Source of the DNA: Octopus vulgaris
Taxonomy: Eukaryota
NCBI GenBank assembly: GCA_951406725.2
Contig: OX597828.1
Coordinates: 35,154,001-35,218,000, forward strand
Reading direction: 5' to 3'
Length of the DNA: 64,000 bases
Part shown: positions 1-12,519 of the stretch, in pieces
Layout: each line of letters opens with the position of its first letter
Position numbering within the stretch: the first letter of the stretch is position 1
Made by a program: the position numbers and the translations under genes
The notes under the pieces: model-generated
What the model saw: only the letters and a program-made list of their open reading frames with translations
What the model was told of the DNA's origin: nothing
The model's database searches: none

Positions 1-269
1 GCAATCACAGCAAAAATCAGGGAAATCCCCAAAGAGGAATGTGTTCCAGTAATTGACAATTTTGCGCGACCTATGCAAGTGTTTGCACGGCGTATGCCAT
101 TTGGAGCATATTTTGAAAAGAACATGACTTTTATGCAAAGAGAATGATTGTGCACAGACAGAAGTTTAAGTCCAGTAAATTTCTTGAAATTTGCTGACCT
201 TTGTAAGATTTAGTAAAATTTTTATGGGCTCTGTTTTTTTCTTTTTCTTTTTTTTTTTTTGTCACCCTG
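1..269 (+). mobile_element. 3' end of a decayed Tc1/mariner-superfamily transposon (transposase C-terminus plus right TIR)
   Basis: Frame 1 reads AITAKIREIPKEECVPVIDNFARPMQV, then after a frameshift HLEHILKRT*, resembling Tc1/mariner C-termini (..ERVIENF..R...C....G.HLEH.L*). Ends in GTCACCCTG followed by TA (CAGGGTG-type TIR with TA target). Confidence 0.7.
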
Positions 270-567
270 TATTTATTAGTCCAATCTTTTCTTTAAAAGA
301 AAATAAAACAGACGTGCAAGGTTTTTAAGAAAATTCAACTGCTATTTCTAGCAAGTCTAGAGATCACATTGAAGCTCCCTCATGGACTCCAACTTACGCG
401 CAACAGAGTAATAATGTATTAAATAAATAAATAAATAAATACATGACGTGAAGCGGTTACAATGAAAGATTTAACCCACGACACTATCGACTGCATTGGC
501 CTTCAGCTGTAGACAAGAGTTGCTTTAGAAAAACAAACAAAATTATTATTGAAGTACATGAGGAAGA

Positions 568-870
568 CTCCTCATCTGGGTTGCCATGTGCCGTGACACC
601 TTCTCTAGTGGCAACCTAGTGCGTTCATCTGCCAGCCTATGCTTCGTTGCTTATCAGACCGAGGAGGGCAAACTGTCGAAGTATCGGCCGCTTTCTCGGA
701 GATTCGTGCTCGAGGCTGTGGCAGTGGAGACCTCAGGCCGTCTCGGGCCCCAGACCACATCCCTATTCACCATTATCGTAGTAGAGATGGCTGTCCGCAA
801 ATGCGAGCCCCATTGGGACACAGTCACTGTTCTAGCGCATCTCCCTCATTATCCACCAGGACAGAGGTTC
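568..870 (+). mobile_element. Fragment of a CRE/R2-group non-LTR retrotransposon (restriction-like endonuclease C-terminus)
   Basis: LLIWVAMCRDTFSSGNL...QTEEGKLSKYRPLSRRFVLEAVAVETSGRLGPQT..., then LF*RISLIIHQ after a frameshift. This matches the RLE pattern WDATC.DT...AE..K..KY..L...F.PVAVET.G..GP...LFQRLS.AIQ. Confidence 0.75.
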
Positions 871-884
871 TCAAACTATTTGGG

Positions 885-1120
885 CCACTATTTCTTTACT
901 ACCCACAAGGGGATAAACACAGAGAGGACAAACAAGGATAGACAAGCAGATTAAGTCGATTATATCGACCCTAGTGCGTAACTGGTACTTATTTAATCGA
1001 CCCTGAAAGGATGAAAGGCAAAGTCGACCTCTGCGGAATTTGAACTCAGAACGTAGCGGCAGACGAAATACCGCTAAGCATTTCACCCGGCATACTAACG
1101 GTTCTGCCAGCTCACCGCCT
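885..1120 (-). mobile_element. tRNA-derived SINE family B (head GGCGGTGAGCTGGCAGAA...GAGTTCAAATTCC; core GTCGACTTTGCCTTTCATCCTTTC)
   Basis: Pol III A/B-box-like head on the minus strand. Homologous copies at about 1790-1900, 12240-12452, 22195-22330, 28148-28365, 28420-28628, 31760-31930, 33100-33302, 34925-35708 (four), 58120-58336, 62980-63120 and 63455-63668. Confidence 0.9.
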
Positions 1121-1334
1121 TGTTGCTAAAGATAATATATCATGAATATTGTTGCGATGTGTAGGGGATCCTCCGTTAATATCGACGAAGAGCATTTGGA
1201 GGTTCTACTCATCGACTCCTTTACTCGTGAAATTATCATGAAAGATATTTGAGTATTCCGCAAACAAGAATACAATGAACGTAATTCTTCGGCCAAATCA
1301 GCTGGACTCCATTTGACAAGACTATTCCTGCAAT

Positions 1335-1660
1335 GAAGGTGCGTGGCTCAGTGGTTAAGGTATTTGACCCATGATCGTAAAGATGGAAGTTCGATTCCCG
1401 GCGGCGCTGGGTTTCCTTGAGGGCAGACACTTTATTTCACTTCGCTCCAGTTCACGCAGCTGGCGACAATGAGTTGTTCCCGTAAGTAAAAAAAAGGCCA
1501 GCCTTATCATTTTGTGTCACGCTGAATCTCCCCGAGAACTACGTTAATGGTACACATGTCTGTGGGGTACTCAGCCACTTACACGTTAAATTCACGAGCA
1601 GGCTGTTCCGTTGACCGTATCAACTGGAACCCCTGTCGTCGTAACCGACGGAGTGCCAGC
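1335..1660 (+). mobile_element. tRNA-derived SINE with family C 3' tail
   Basis: Head GGTGCGTGGCTCAGTGGTTAAGG...GTTCGATTCCCG. The 3' part (GAGAACTACGTTAA...CTCAGCCACTT...CGTCGTCGTAACCGACGGAGTGCC) is shared with 3612-3910, 12520-12810 and 17680-18063. Confidence 0.85.
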
Positions 1661-2039
1661 TTATATTCCAGAAAGAGAGAGACAGACAGAGACAGAGGGA
1701 GAGTAGAAAATGAGAGAGAAAACAAAAAATACCCCCAAATACTAGACTGATATTTAGTTATCGACTACGCACACACAAAAAAAAAAGTAAGACGTAACTA
1801 AAGAGGGTCTCCGCAGAATTAGAACTTGAGACATCCAGAACGAATGCTACATAAAATTCTATCCGATGCTCTAGCGATTCTGCCAAATCTGATGCCTCGT
1901 GTTAGGACGCGCCAAGTTATAAGAAAATGAAATTTAATCAACCAGTAATATCTACAAAGCCGGAAAATTTCCCAAACAATTTTAACATTTTACGTTCCTC
2001 ATCATCGTTTTATTTTTATCATTTTCTTCGTCAAATTTC

Positions 2040-2323
2040 GTTCATCGACGCCTGCCATCTTGTTTCTTTTTTTTTCTTTTGTTTTATTTAATTTTTGTTT
2101 TTTGTTTTCTTGGTTTCGGACTTGCTGCTATTTTTTTCGTTTCTTTTTTAGTTTATTTCTATGTAAGTTTCTTAATTTTAATATAACTTTTGTTTTTTTT
2201 TTCTTTTTGTCTACTTGTTTTATTAGTGTTCGTCATTATCACCACCACCACCACCACCACCACCACCACCACCACCGCTACCACTGTCATCATCATCGTC
2301 ATCATCATTTTCTTTTTCTTCTT

Positions 2324-2354
<31 letters not shown>

Positions 2355-2510
2355 AACGTCATCATAGATTCTTTCTTCATTTTCGTCGTTGTTTACTTGT
2401 TTTTCCTTTCATTTTTATTTTTCATCGTTATCGTCATTGTAGTCATCGTCATCATCATCATCATCATCATCATCGCCATCTTCGTCCTCTTCGTCGTCAT
2501 CTCCTCTTAT
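2040..2510. repeat. T-rich and trinucleotide (CAC/CAT/CTT)n low-complexity tract
   Basis: Direct simple-sequence repeats. The poly-H/L/T/F ORFs here are artefacts. Confidence 0.9.
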
Positions 2511-3184
2511 TCATGACTCACTTATAAGCGACAGCCTCCAGAGAGATAAGATGCGTTTTCACTAAATTCGTAATAAAACTATTGATTTGTATCAAGCCCG
2601 CGATCCCGCCCGCCCGCCCGCCCGCCCACCTGCCTGCATGCCAGATGCACGTTGGTCTAATGCTGTGGAATTTCATTCTTTTGCTCTTCAGTAAAAGAAA
2701 GCAAAAGCGTAGCTGTTCAACGAAACAACTGCTTTAACGTGCAATTAACGTGGAATTAACGTGGGATTAACATGGGATTAATGGGATGTAATAACATACC
2801 AACTGCGGGAGGGAAAAAAAAAACAAAAAAAAAATGGAATAGAGAAGCTTTTAATAACATAACAAAAATACTTAAGCCCAGTTGAGCGTCAGAGAAAAAA
2901 AAAACCCCAGATCTTATGATGTTTTGGGTTTGATGTCATTGTTGATGTTATTTAAGTGTTCAGAGTCTTTTCTGTTCAAACAGGACGATGATCAAAATCA
3001 TAAGTTAGATTCTACTTTTTATATTCTAACTGTTTCAGTCATCGGATTGCGGCTGTGCTGGAGCACCGCCCAGTAAGGTTTTTTGTGGAATAAATCAACC
3101 GCAGTATACATTTAAGTGTAAAAAAAAAAAAAAAAAGGAAAGAAAGAAAATAGCGATGCCTGTCTTAGAGGTATCTTTATAGAC

Positions 3185-3520
3185 TTAGCATGGCCGAACG
3201 GCTGAGACGTTCGCTTCAAAATCACGAAGGCCTGAGTTCGATCCCTCAACGTGTCTTCTTGCGCAAATGTATTTTACCTTGGTCTCGCATACCTTGTGAT
3301 TGGAATTAGAAGAAAACTGTGCAGAATCCTGTCGGATAGACTGTATTTGTAATTCAAGGCTTCTATGCTGGTCACACTGTATTAGATAGATTCTACCAAA
3401 CGATTAAGTTAAAGGTTACACCTGTCTGTGGAATACTCAGCCACTCACAAGCTAATTCAATGAACAAGTAGCTCAGTTGATTGAACGACTGAATACTCAT
3501 CATCGAGACTGACGGAGATC
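3185..3520 (+). mobile_element. Degenerate tRNA-derived SINE with family C-like tail
   Basis: AGCATGGCCGAACGG...GAGTTCGATCCC head, and a diverged GTCTGTGGAATACTCAGCCACT...GACTGACGGAG tail. Confidence 0.65.
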
Positions 3521-3611
3521 CATTTGTATAAGAACATCAACTTCACCGATCTTACTGGTCTTGGAAGACCTGCATACGTCATGGACATATCACTTTTCTC
3601 CCATTGAAGCC

Positions 3612-3910
3612 AAGGCGCAACCGTGTGCTAAGAAGTTTGCTTCCCAACCACTGGGTTCTGGGTTCAGCGAACCCTACTGCATTCTTTCACCACAACTTTC
3701 TCTCACTCTTTTTTCCTGTTTCTGTTGTTCTTGTATTTCAAAAGGCCAGCCTTGTCACACTCTGTGTTACGCTGTATCTCCACCGAGAACTGCGTTAAGG
3801 GTACATGTGTCTGTGGAGTGCTCAGCCACTTGCACGTTTAATTTCACGAGCAGGCTGTTCCGTCTATCGGATCAACTGGAACCTTCGTCGTCGCAACTGA
3901 CGGAGTTCCA
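3612..3910 (+). mobile_element. Chimeric SINE: family A-like head joined to family C body and tail
   Basis: The head AAGAAGTTTGCTTCCCAACCAC..GGTTCTGGGTTCAG matches family A. The following CTTTCACCACAACTTTCTCTCACTC...CTGACGGAG matches 17680-18063. Confidence 0.75.
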
Positions 3911-3994
3911 CGATATTCTATTAGATAACAGATAGGAAAGACGAAATAACTGATTAAATATATATAATATTTTAGAAATATTCTGCAGAACGGA

Positions 3995-4695
3995 TGACAT
4001 GACTGTGTGGTGAGAAGTTGGCTTGCCAACCACATGGTTCTCGGTTCAGTCCTTCTGTGTGGATTTCGTTGGGGGAAACAAAAAGAAGCTCAGCGTGTAT
4101 ATATATATATATATATATTCTTTTACTTGTTTCAGTCATTTGGCTATGGCCATGCTGGAGCACTGCCTTTAGTTGAACAAATCGATACCCCAGGTCTTAT
4201 TCTTTATAAGCCTATCAGTCTTTTGCCGAACCGCTAAGTTACAGAGACATAAACGACGGGCTTCTTTCAGTTTCCGTTTACCAAATCCACTCACAAGGCT
4301 TTGGTTGGCTCGAGGCTATTGTAAAAGATACTTACCCAAGGTGCCACGCTCTGGGACTGAACGCGGAACCATGTGGTTGGTAAGCAAGCTTCTTACCACA
4401 CAGCCATGCCTACGCCTATGTGTGTGTGTGTATGTATGTGTGTATCCCTCTCTATACATGTATGCGTGTGTATGTGTATGTGTGTGTGTTTGTCAAATAT
4501 CATTGCTTTACAACTGCTGTTGGTGTATTTGTATACCCGTAACTTAGCAGTTCGACCAAACGTACCGATAGAATATGTGCGAGTTTTAACAAAAATAATC
4601 TTAAGTACGGTGGTTGAGGGTGTCGATTCGCTTTGACTCAGACACTTCAAGGTGGTGCTCTAGTGTGCTGTAGTCCAACGATTAAAACAAAAGAC
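3995..4695 (+). mobile_element. SINE family A (degenerate), interrupted by an oppositely oriented family A copy at 4118-4416
   Basis: Head at 3995-4095 and tail at about 4500-4695 on +. The inner copy on - runs CTTTTACTTGTTTCAGTCATT...CTTACCACACAGCCA. Confidence 0.75.
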
Positions 4696-5017
4696 AGAAA
4701 CTTAAACGATATTATGTAGCGATTGTTCGATAAAGAAAAACTGATCGACATTAATTACGTTATTCACCATACAGCAAATTATATAAATTGCTTTAATACG
4801 TGTATGTAAATGTAATTAAGCTTGCTGTGAAAAGTGTTTTGGATTATAACATAAATTAATGAGACCACGTGATCAGGCTATTTGACTATTGCGGTGACAA
4901 CGCGTTGCTCTATGTAACAACAATATTGTCTGGCTTATTACGTTCCAGTAATTGCCCTCTCTCTTTCTCTCTCCGTCCCTCAACTCTCATTATCTTCTTT
5001 TTCTCTGTGTCTCTCAG

Positions 5018-5063
<46 letters not shown>

Positions 5064-5180
5064 TCTCTCTGGGTTTCATTATGTATATTACGTATGTTTT
5101 TTCTGTGTTTATGGCTACGTATGTATGCATGTGTATACTCACGCATAAACATATATACGTACATACATACACACATATAC

Positions 5181-5230
<50 letters not shown>

Positions 5231-5236
5231 GGATAG

Positions 5237-5267
<31 letters not shown>

Positions 5268-5380
5268 TATATGTATGTATGTATACGCACAAACACACAC
5301 GCATGCACACATGTACACGCACACACGTATATGCTTTATATATTATACACATTTATATAAATACACATATACATACTTAA

Positions 5381-5427
<47 letters not shown>

Positions 5428-6192
5428 GTATATATATATATATATAAACGTATATATTCTTTTACACGTTTCAGTCATTTGACTGCGGCCATGCTGGAAC
5501 ACCACCTCGCATGTATGTATGTATGTATGTATATTCATACATATATTCATACACATACAGGCACGCACGCAAACATACACACACACACACACACACACAC
5601 TCGCAACACTCACCACACATACACGCACAAACACATACACACACTCACCACACACACACACACACACACACTTATATACATAATGCCTAACGCGTTTCGA
5701 TAACGTTGCGATTGTGACAACACGTGACCAAGCACGTAGACTATAGCAATTTCCTATCTCCTTTACAAGAACAGTGTCTGTCTCAGTGGTATTAATATTG
5801 ATTGGTTGTTTTAATTAGAGATTAACTTGATAACAATTGTTCTATCTATAATTGCCATCACCCATGAACATTTTATAGATGTTCATAGAGCTTCATTACA
5901 GGCAAAACGTATCATTACAGTCGTCTTTTACGGTTTGCTTTTTAATTCTTTCAGAACTTATTATATTGATTGTTGAATGAATTAAGATGATGGGCAAGAA
6001 AGGCCGGGCAGAAGAGAAGGACCGCGGACGAAATGTCATTATTGTGTTGAAGTTAATCTTAACACGTTTGGCATAGCGATTCATATATTGACACATCTCT
6101 GGTCGATTAAATTTAAATAGGAGTCAAGAACTAGTATCGATTCACATGATCACTTGGAGGCGAGGACACGAAGACACACACACACACACACA

Positions 6193-7455
6193 ACGAGGGT
6201 AAGTCAAAAATTACACGCACTCTTGTGTAATTTATTAAAACCAAAACAAAGGTTGAACAATTACATCATTTTTCGACATAGTCTCCTTAATTTTCGATGC
6301 AGTTTTTCTAGCGCTCAACAAGCTTGCTTAGTTCATCAATAAAAAAAAGGGGTTTCGGTTGGTCGTGTAGTCATTTATGCACCGTTTCTTGCGCCTCTTC
6401 ATCCGTAACAATTCGGCGATCTAGTAAAGTATGCTTGAGAAGCCCAATGAGGTGATAGTTGAAAGGGGCGAGATCTTAACTGTATGTAGAGTGTTGCAGA
6501 AATTCGATACCGAATGCTTTAACGGTGCGGGCGGCCGTAAGTCAGCCTGCATTGTCGTGCAATAACGACACTTTCTTTGACGATAGAGCTCGACATTTGG
6601 TGCGAATTGTTGGTTTCAGTTTGTTGGCCAGCATTCCACAGTAGCCCTGCATTGTGACTGTGACCCCTATTTCAGGTAACGTTCCAGTATTCTCCAAAAA
6701 GGTTCGTATCACTTTATCCTGGGGACGGTTGAGTCTTGAATTTCTTTTTCGCTAGTGATTCTGAATGTTTCCCCTCCATACTCTGCCTTTTGGATTCTGG
6801 CTCAAATTGATGGAGTCATGTCTCATCTTGTGTGAATATTCTCTCAAACAAAAGCTTCACTTTCATCGTTGTAGCGGTTGAGTAAGCGTTGACAGAGCTC
6901 AATACGATTGCGCTCATGGCTTCAATAAGCTCACTTGGAGCCCATCTGGCACGAAGCTTGTTGGGAATGATTTCGTATGTAAAACCAAGACTAATTTGCA
7001 GAGAACGTGCCACTTCATCGACGGTCACATGTCAGTACACCAGAACCATTTCTCGAGCTTGTTAAATCTTCAAGTTAGTGGTGGTGATTGATGGGCGGCC
7101 TGTTCCCTCTTCGTGCTTCACGCTTCTCCGACCATTTTTAAGCTTCTCGATCCACTCATACATACTTCTATGCGGTAGAGCGTTGTTAATGTATTGTACT
7201 GAAAACTTGCGACGAATTTCAGCCCTCGACACCTTCAAACCAGAGAAACCGGATCAATTTTTCCTTGGTGCTCACTGCCAGCAGAGCGGTCATATTTATT
7301 CAGTAAATCAAGAAGAAAACTGGAGCGATCAAAGTCAAACCTCGTCTAAGTAACCAAACGGTCGCCTCCTTTTGCAAGCGAGCGCTGAAGGCAATGTAGT
7401 CAACCTCAAGAAATGTTTTGGCAAAAATACAGATAATTTGTTACTTCCCCTTACG
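6193..7455 (-). mobile_element. Decayed, near full-length mariner transposon
   Basis: Minus-strand fragments MTVDEVARSLQISLG, LFERIFTQDET..HQFEPESKRQSME..KKKFKTQPS, YS*DLAPFNYHL and GDYVEK*. Imperfect TIRs ACGAGGGTAAGTCAAAAATTA and (rc) ACGTAAGGGGAAGTAACAAATTA. Multiple stops and frameshifts. Confidence 0.9.
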
Positions 7456-7953
7456 TATATACGACTGGCTTCCACACTCTATTCGTCTAGAAAATTCGCT
7501 CATAAAGCATTGCTTGGCCCAGTGCTATGTTACCCAAGGTGCTGCGCAGTGGGACTCAACCCGAAACCTCGTGGTTGCAAAGCTAGTTTCTTAACCATAC
7601 AACCATATCAGAGCACACAGCCGAAAAACTCTTTTAAAACATTATCCTCTTTTGTCTTATTTCAATGTAAAGGTCAGGTGGCCGAGTCGATAAGATACCG
7701 GTCATTTGGTTTCAGCGTTTAGTTGTTCGTTTCCCTTAACTCTCATTGGTTAGTTCTCGATATTGTTGCGTAGTAAAGACTGTAGATTGGTATGATTCAT
7801 TGTTGGCATTAGTGAAACTGCCAGAAAAGAAAATTGTAGGGTGGAGTACAGTGGGGAGAGAAACTTCTTGATTTTTCTGGACCTGGTCTTTCGTTGCAGA
7901 AAATTATCATTTTATCCTTCAACAATTGATGTCTAGACAGCTATGATACCGAA

Positions 7954-8014
<61 letters not shown>

Positions 8015-8570
8015 ACGAATGACTTAGCCCGAATCTTTAAGAATTTCATTTTCAAACGCCACAGTAACTTTAAACACGCTATACATTATCAATAATCATT
8101 CCTTTGTAGGTAATAAGGCTATTTCCTAATCCGCGGTGCCAAGGTCGATCCTACTGCGCGGCGTCTTAGGCAAGTACCTTCCACTACACCCTCAGTCTGA
8201 TCAATACCATGTGAGTGAAACTGGTAAGGTGGAAATTGTGCGGAAGCCCGTCATATGTGTTTGAACATGTGTGTGTTTTTCACTGGGTCAACATCGCTTG
8301 AAACCGTTTGCAAAAAAAAAACGGTGTCTTTGTTAATGTCTCGTAACACAGCAGTTCTACTTACAGTATCGATAAATATTGGTATCGATAACTGCCAGAA
8401 ATAAATATAAGAACTTATAAGACCAAGTTGTGATCGGCTGCAAATACTGAAACGGTGGCCCAGGATGGTCTGGTCAGCCCAATATGGTTGAAACAAATAA
8501 AAAGGCACAAAAGCATTTCCTTACTCATACACATACCCTTATACATACATATACATTGGATGTATATATT

Positions 8571-8637
<67 letters not shown>

Positions 8638-8984
8638 GTATGTGTTCATACGTGTACATATACATGTGTATGTGTATAGGTATATGTGTGTATGTGTGCG
8701 TGTGTGTGTTTGTTTGTGTATGAGTGTGTCTGTAACAATACATATTAAGGGCTTAAAAATCGAAGGTGCGCTCCTTGAAGTTTCACATACGGAAGAAACA
8801 AGTCAGATTGATTGAACGCTTGCTTCTCAGTTCTGGATCGATCAACGCTTTCCAATAAGATTGGTAGTCATTGGTTCACACAAATATGCTCACACATACA
8901 CATATGTACACACATACACACATCAACACGCACACACGCATATGTATAATCATGCAATTATAAAAATGTCATATATATATATAT

Positions 8985-9198
8985 ACTCTTTTACTTTTTC
9001 AGCCATTTGACTGTGGCCAGGCTGGAGCACCGCCTTTAGTCGCCTTTAGTCGAGCAAATCGACGCCAGGACTTATTCTTTATAAGCCTAGTACTTATTCT
9101 ATCGGTCTCTTTTGCCGAACCGCTAAGTTACGGGGACGTAAACACACCAGCATCAGTTGTCAAGCGATGTTTGGGGGGGGGGGACAAACATAGACACA

Positions 9199-9274
<76 letters not shown>

Positions 9275-9441
9275 TATGACGGGCTTCTTTCAGTTTCCGT
9301 CTACCAAATCCACTCACAAGGCTTTGATCGGCCCGAGGTTATAGCAGAAGACACTTGCCCAAAGTGCCACACAGTGGGACTGATCCCGGAACCATGTAGT
9401 TGGTAAGCAAGCTACTTACCACACAGCCACACGTACGCCTG
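8985..9441 (-). mobile_element. tRNA-derived SINE family A, full length (about 400-450 bp with internal (TA)n(TG)n)
   Basis: Head TGGCTGTGTGGTAAG...GGTTCAGTCCC in the family consensus (A/B boxes), body GTGGATTTGGTAGACGGAAACTGAAAGAAGCCCGTC, tail TGACTGAAACAAGTAAAAGA. About 20 copies or fragments occur across the window. Confidence 0.9.
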
Positions 9442-9475
<34 letters not shown>

Positions 9476-9508
9476 CGTAAATATTTGTGAATGTGTTTAT
9501 GTGTAACA

Positions 9509-9555
<47 letters not shown>

Positions 9556-9930
9556 ATGTGTGTGTTTGAACATACATATGGCTCATGTATGTATGCAACA
9601 ATGTGTGTGTGTGTATGTGTATTTTTGTGTGTGTGTGCGTGTTTTCGTTTAAATATTATATTCCATATTTTCAGTGATTCTCTTTAAAGATGTAATTTGT
9701 CGCGCAATCCTTCTTATTGTCTAACGATCTTACAATTATCTCTCTCTCTCCTTCTCTCTTTCTCTCTCACTCTCTCTCTCTCTCTCTCCCTCGCTCGCTC
9801 TCTTTCTCTCTTGCATGTATGCATAGACCACTAGTACACATACACACACGTACACATACATACACATACACACACACACACATATATATATATATACATA
9901 TGCACATATATACACACACATATATACATA

Positions 9931-9974
<44 letters not shown>

Positions 9975-10007
9975 TATGTATATATGTGCGTATGTGTATA
10001 CACACAC

Positions 10008-10060
<53 letters not shown>

Positions 10061-10756
10061 CATATGTGTGTGTATACACATACGCACATATATACATATG
10101 CATAAATACACATATACATAAATATATGTAGATATTTATACTTATACGTAAACATAAATATATATATGTGTGTGTGTGTGTGTTCGTGTATTTATAAGTG
10201 TGTGTGTGTGTAGTGTGTCTGTGTATATCCATGTATACAAACACACACACAAACACACACACACACACACACACACACATTAATTCTCTCATCAATCTGC
10301 TTATTTTGGACGCTTCATTGTTCTGCTTTAAAAAAAAAAGCCAAGTGAAGAACAATGGAAACTATGTCTGGTGTGAAGAGAGGCGGAAAGCTGGGAAATA
10401 ATTTGAAGAACACAAGAGAAAATTGTAAAAGAAATAAATAAAACAAATAAATAAAAGCAGCGGCAAGAAAAATAATCAATGAAAAAAAAAGAAATGAAAT
10501 TTTCTACATGACGTAACTAAGTTTTAGTTAATTGGAATAAAAATGTTACATACCTTCCCATATATTTACATATTGAATATACACAGGGACTCTGACATAC
10601 ACACACATACGCACACAAAAAATAGCAAGCTTATATAGACTTAGAAAATAGCACTGCATACGTGTAGTGTCTTACGACGGTCAGATCCATGTATATGTGT
10701 GAGTGTGTGTGTGAGTATGTGTGTATATGTGTGTGTGTGTGTGTATTACGCTATAT

Positions 10757-10835
10757 GCCCGTGAGTATATAACCTCATGGTTAAGAGCGCGGGTTACTAA
10801 CCCCAAGATTGCGACTTCAATTGCAGGCAGTGCCT

Positions 10836-10911
<76 letters not shown>

Positions 10912-11114
10912 TGATGATGATGACATCAGCAAAAAATACCTTAGGAATGAGAACCCAGGGCTAGGTTCAAAATTTCACCAGGACACCTGATGAAGGCTGG
11001 GGAGTAAATCAACCGAAACGATGTGGTAACAACAAAGAAGATGAGGACACATATCCATCCAATGTAAATAATGTAAATAATGTACAGAATTCCTCATTTC
11101 TGAAATATAGAATA

Positions 11115-11115
<1 letters not shown>
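10757..11115 (+). mobile_element. Composite element: tRNA-like head + (AAT)n + hammerhead-bearing PLE-like segment
   Basis: TGGTTAAGAGCGCGGGTTACTAACCCC (D-loop and anticodon-arm-like), degenerate B box ACTTCAATTGC, then (AAT)n, then ACAC-CTGATGA-AGGCTG..CAACC-GAAACGATGTG. Confidence 0.6.
10983..11026 (+). ncRNA. Degenerate minimal type I hammerhead ribozyme
   Basis: CTGATGA at 10987-10993, stem II GGCTG/CAACC (one mismatch), GAAAC at 11015-11019. The U16.1 position is A in this copy, so it is probably inactive. Confidence 0.55.
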
Positions 11116-11157
<42 letters not shown>

Positions 11158-11189
11158 TGAGTGTGAAGGTGCGTGACCTAATGATTAGA

Positions 11190-12181
11190 GTGCTACACGA
11201 GTTTATAGGGGTATGAAGAGACAATTTATTCAATATGTCCACCACAGCCTTCATACTTCGCCTGAAGGCGTCACAAATCTTCATGATGAAGTATTCAGAC
11301 ATCACTTTCCTCACGACTTACTTAAGATGAACAAAACATGGATGCGAAGTTCTGTTGGTGGAGTGCTCCAATTTGCCCCATGCGGCATAGTCTAGGGAGT
11401 TCAAGTGTCGGCTGGAAGAAACCAGAAGTCGGCGGGCCAAAAGTCAGCGAAGTTGTATCCACAAAAATGGAGAGGCATCTTTCTTCCTTCAGACGCCACG
11501 ACTCCAAGTACTATGACGCCCTTTACTTCAGAAGGTGATTTAGCAATGTCTCGGTCACTGAAACTGTTTAAACCAGCATCAACTGTAAAGATTTTTTCAT
11601 CTGAAAAGATTTTGACGGTTCGTCCATTGTGCTTCAGGTATCGCAACACTTTTTTGGCCCTTTCATGCATTCTAGCTTTCATTACATGAGTCAATAGGTA
11701 TCTCAGGATCCTCACGTATGACCCCCAACTGTAAATCAGTGTGCACAACGGTTCTAATGGTCTTTGGATCAACTTTCATGTCCATGGACCGTTTTCTCAT
11801 GGATGTTGTTGGGTCTTTCGAAATTTTAGCTTTGAGAGATTTAAGAAATGCATTATCCCGGTTTTATTTATGCCTCCACTTCTTTGCTTTCTCTTGATGC
11901 CTCCCATATCCAGCATTCGGTTCTTAACATTGTAGACATTGCTCAGAGGCCCCGACAGTCTCAGCTATACGTCTAATTGCAACCCAGCACGAAGTAAATC
12001 TGCAGTGCGTTGTCTCTTGGTTTCTTCAGTGGAAATGTTAGATCGTATGACTGGAACTTATTTTAAAATTAACTCTATATACCTCCACCCTGAAATAGAA
12101 AAAATATTTTAGTATTTACGCACAGGAATATGTGAAAAATAAGGCTTCCAAAATATTCGAAGTTTTGCTTTCCCCACCCTG
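11190..12181 (-). mobile_element. Decayed Tc1/mariner transposon, maT (DD37D)-like
   Basis: Minus-strand VKIFSDEKIFTVDAGLN...GVIVLGVVASEGRKMPLHF...FWPADFW and SEYFIMKICDAFRRSMKAVV. The 5' TIR CAGGGTGGGGAAAGCAAAAC is flanked by TA. The other TIR is not recognisable. Confidence 0.85.
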
Positions 12182-12519
12182 TATTTTATCCGATTCTTAG
12201 AATTCTGCTTGCTCGCCATCCTAAGTATATTTTTATAATTATTTCAAATTTTTGCCACATGGGCAGCTTGGAGAAAGTGGGGATGAGTCGATTACATCGA
12301 CCTCAGTGTTCAACTGGTACTTATTTTATCGACCCCGAATCGAAGAAAGGCAAAGTCGACCTCAGCGGAATTTGAACTCAGAACGTAGCGACGGGCGAAA
12401 TACCGCTAAGCATTTCGTCCAGCGTGCTAACGATTCGGCCAGCTCACCGCCTTTATGTATATTTATATAATGGTGCACAAACATTTCAGTTTGAACACAT
12501 CTGCATACACCCATATCTT

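Noticed and set aside
4173-4547. Recurring peptide [29 protein letters not shown] in many ORFs
   Set aside because: It is antisense read-through of SINE family A, not a protein family.
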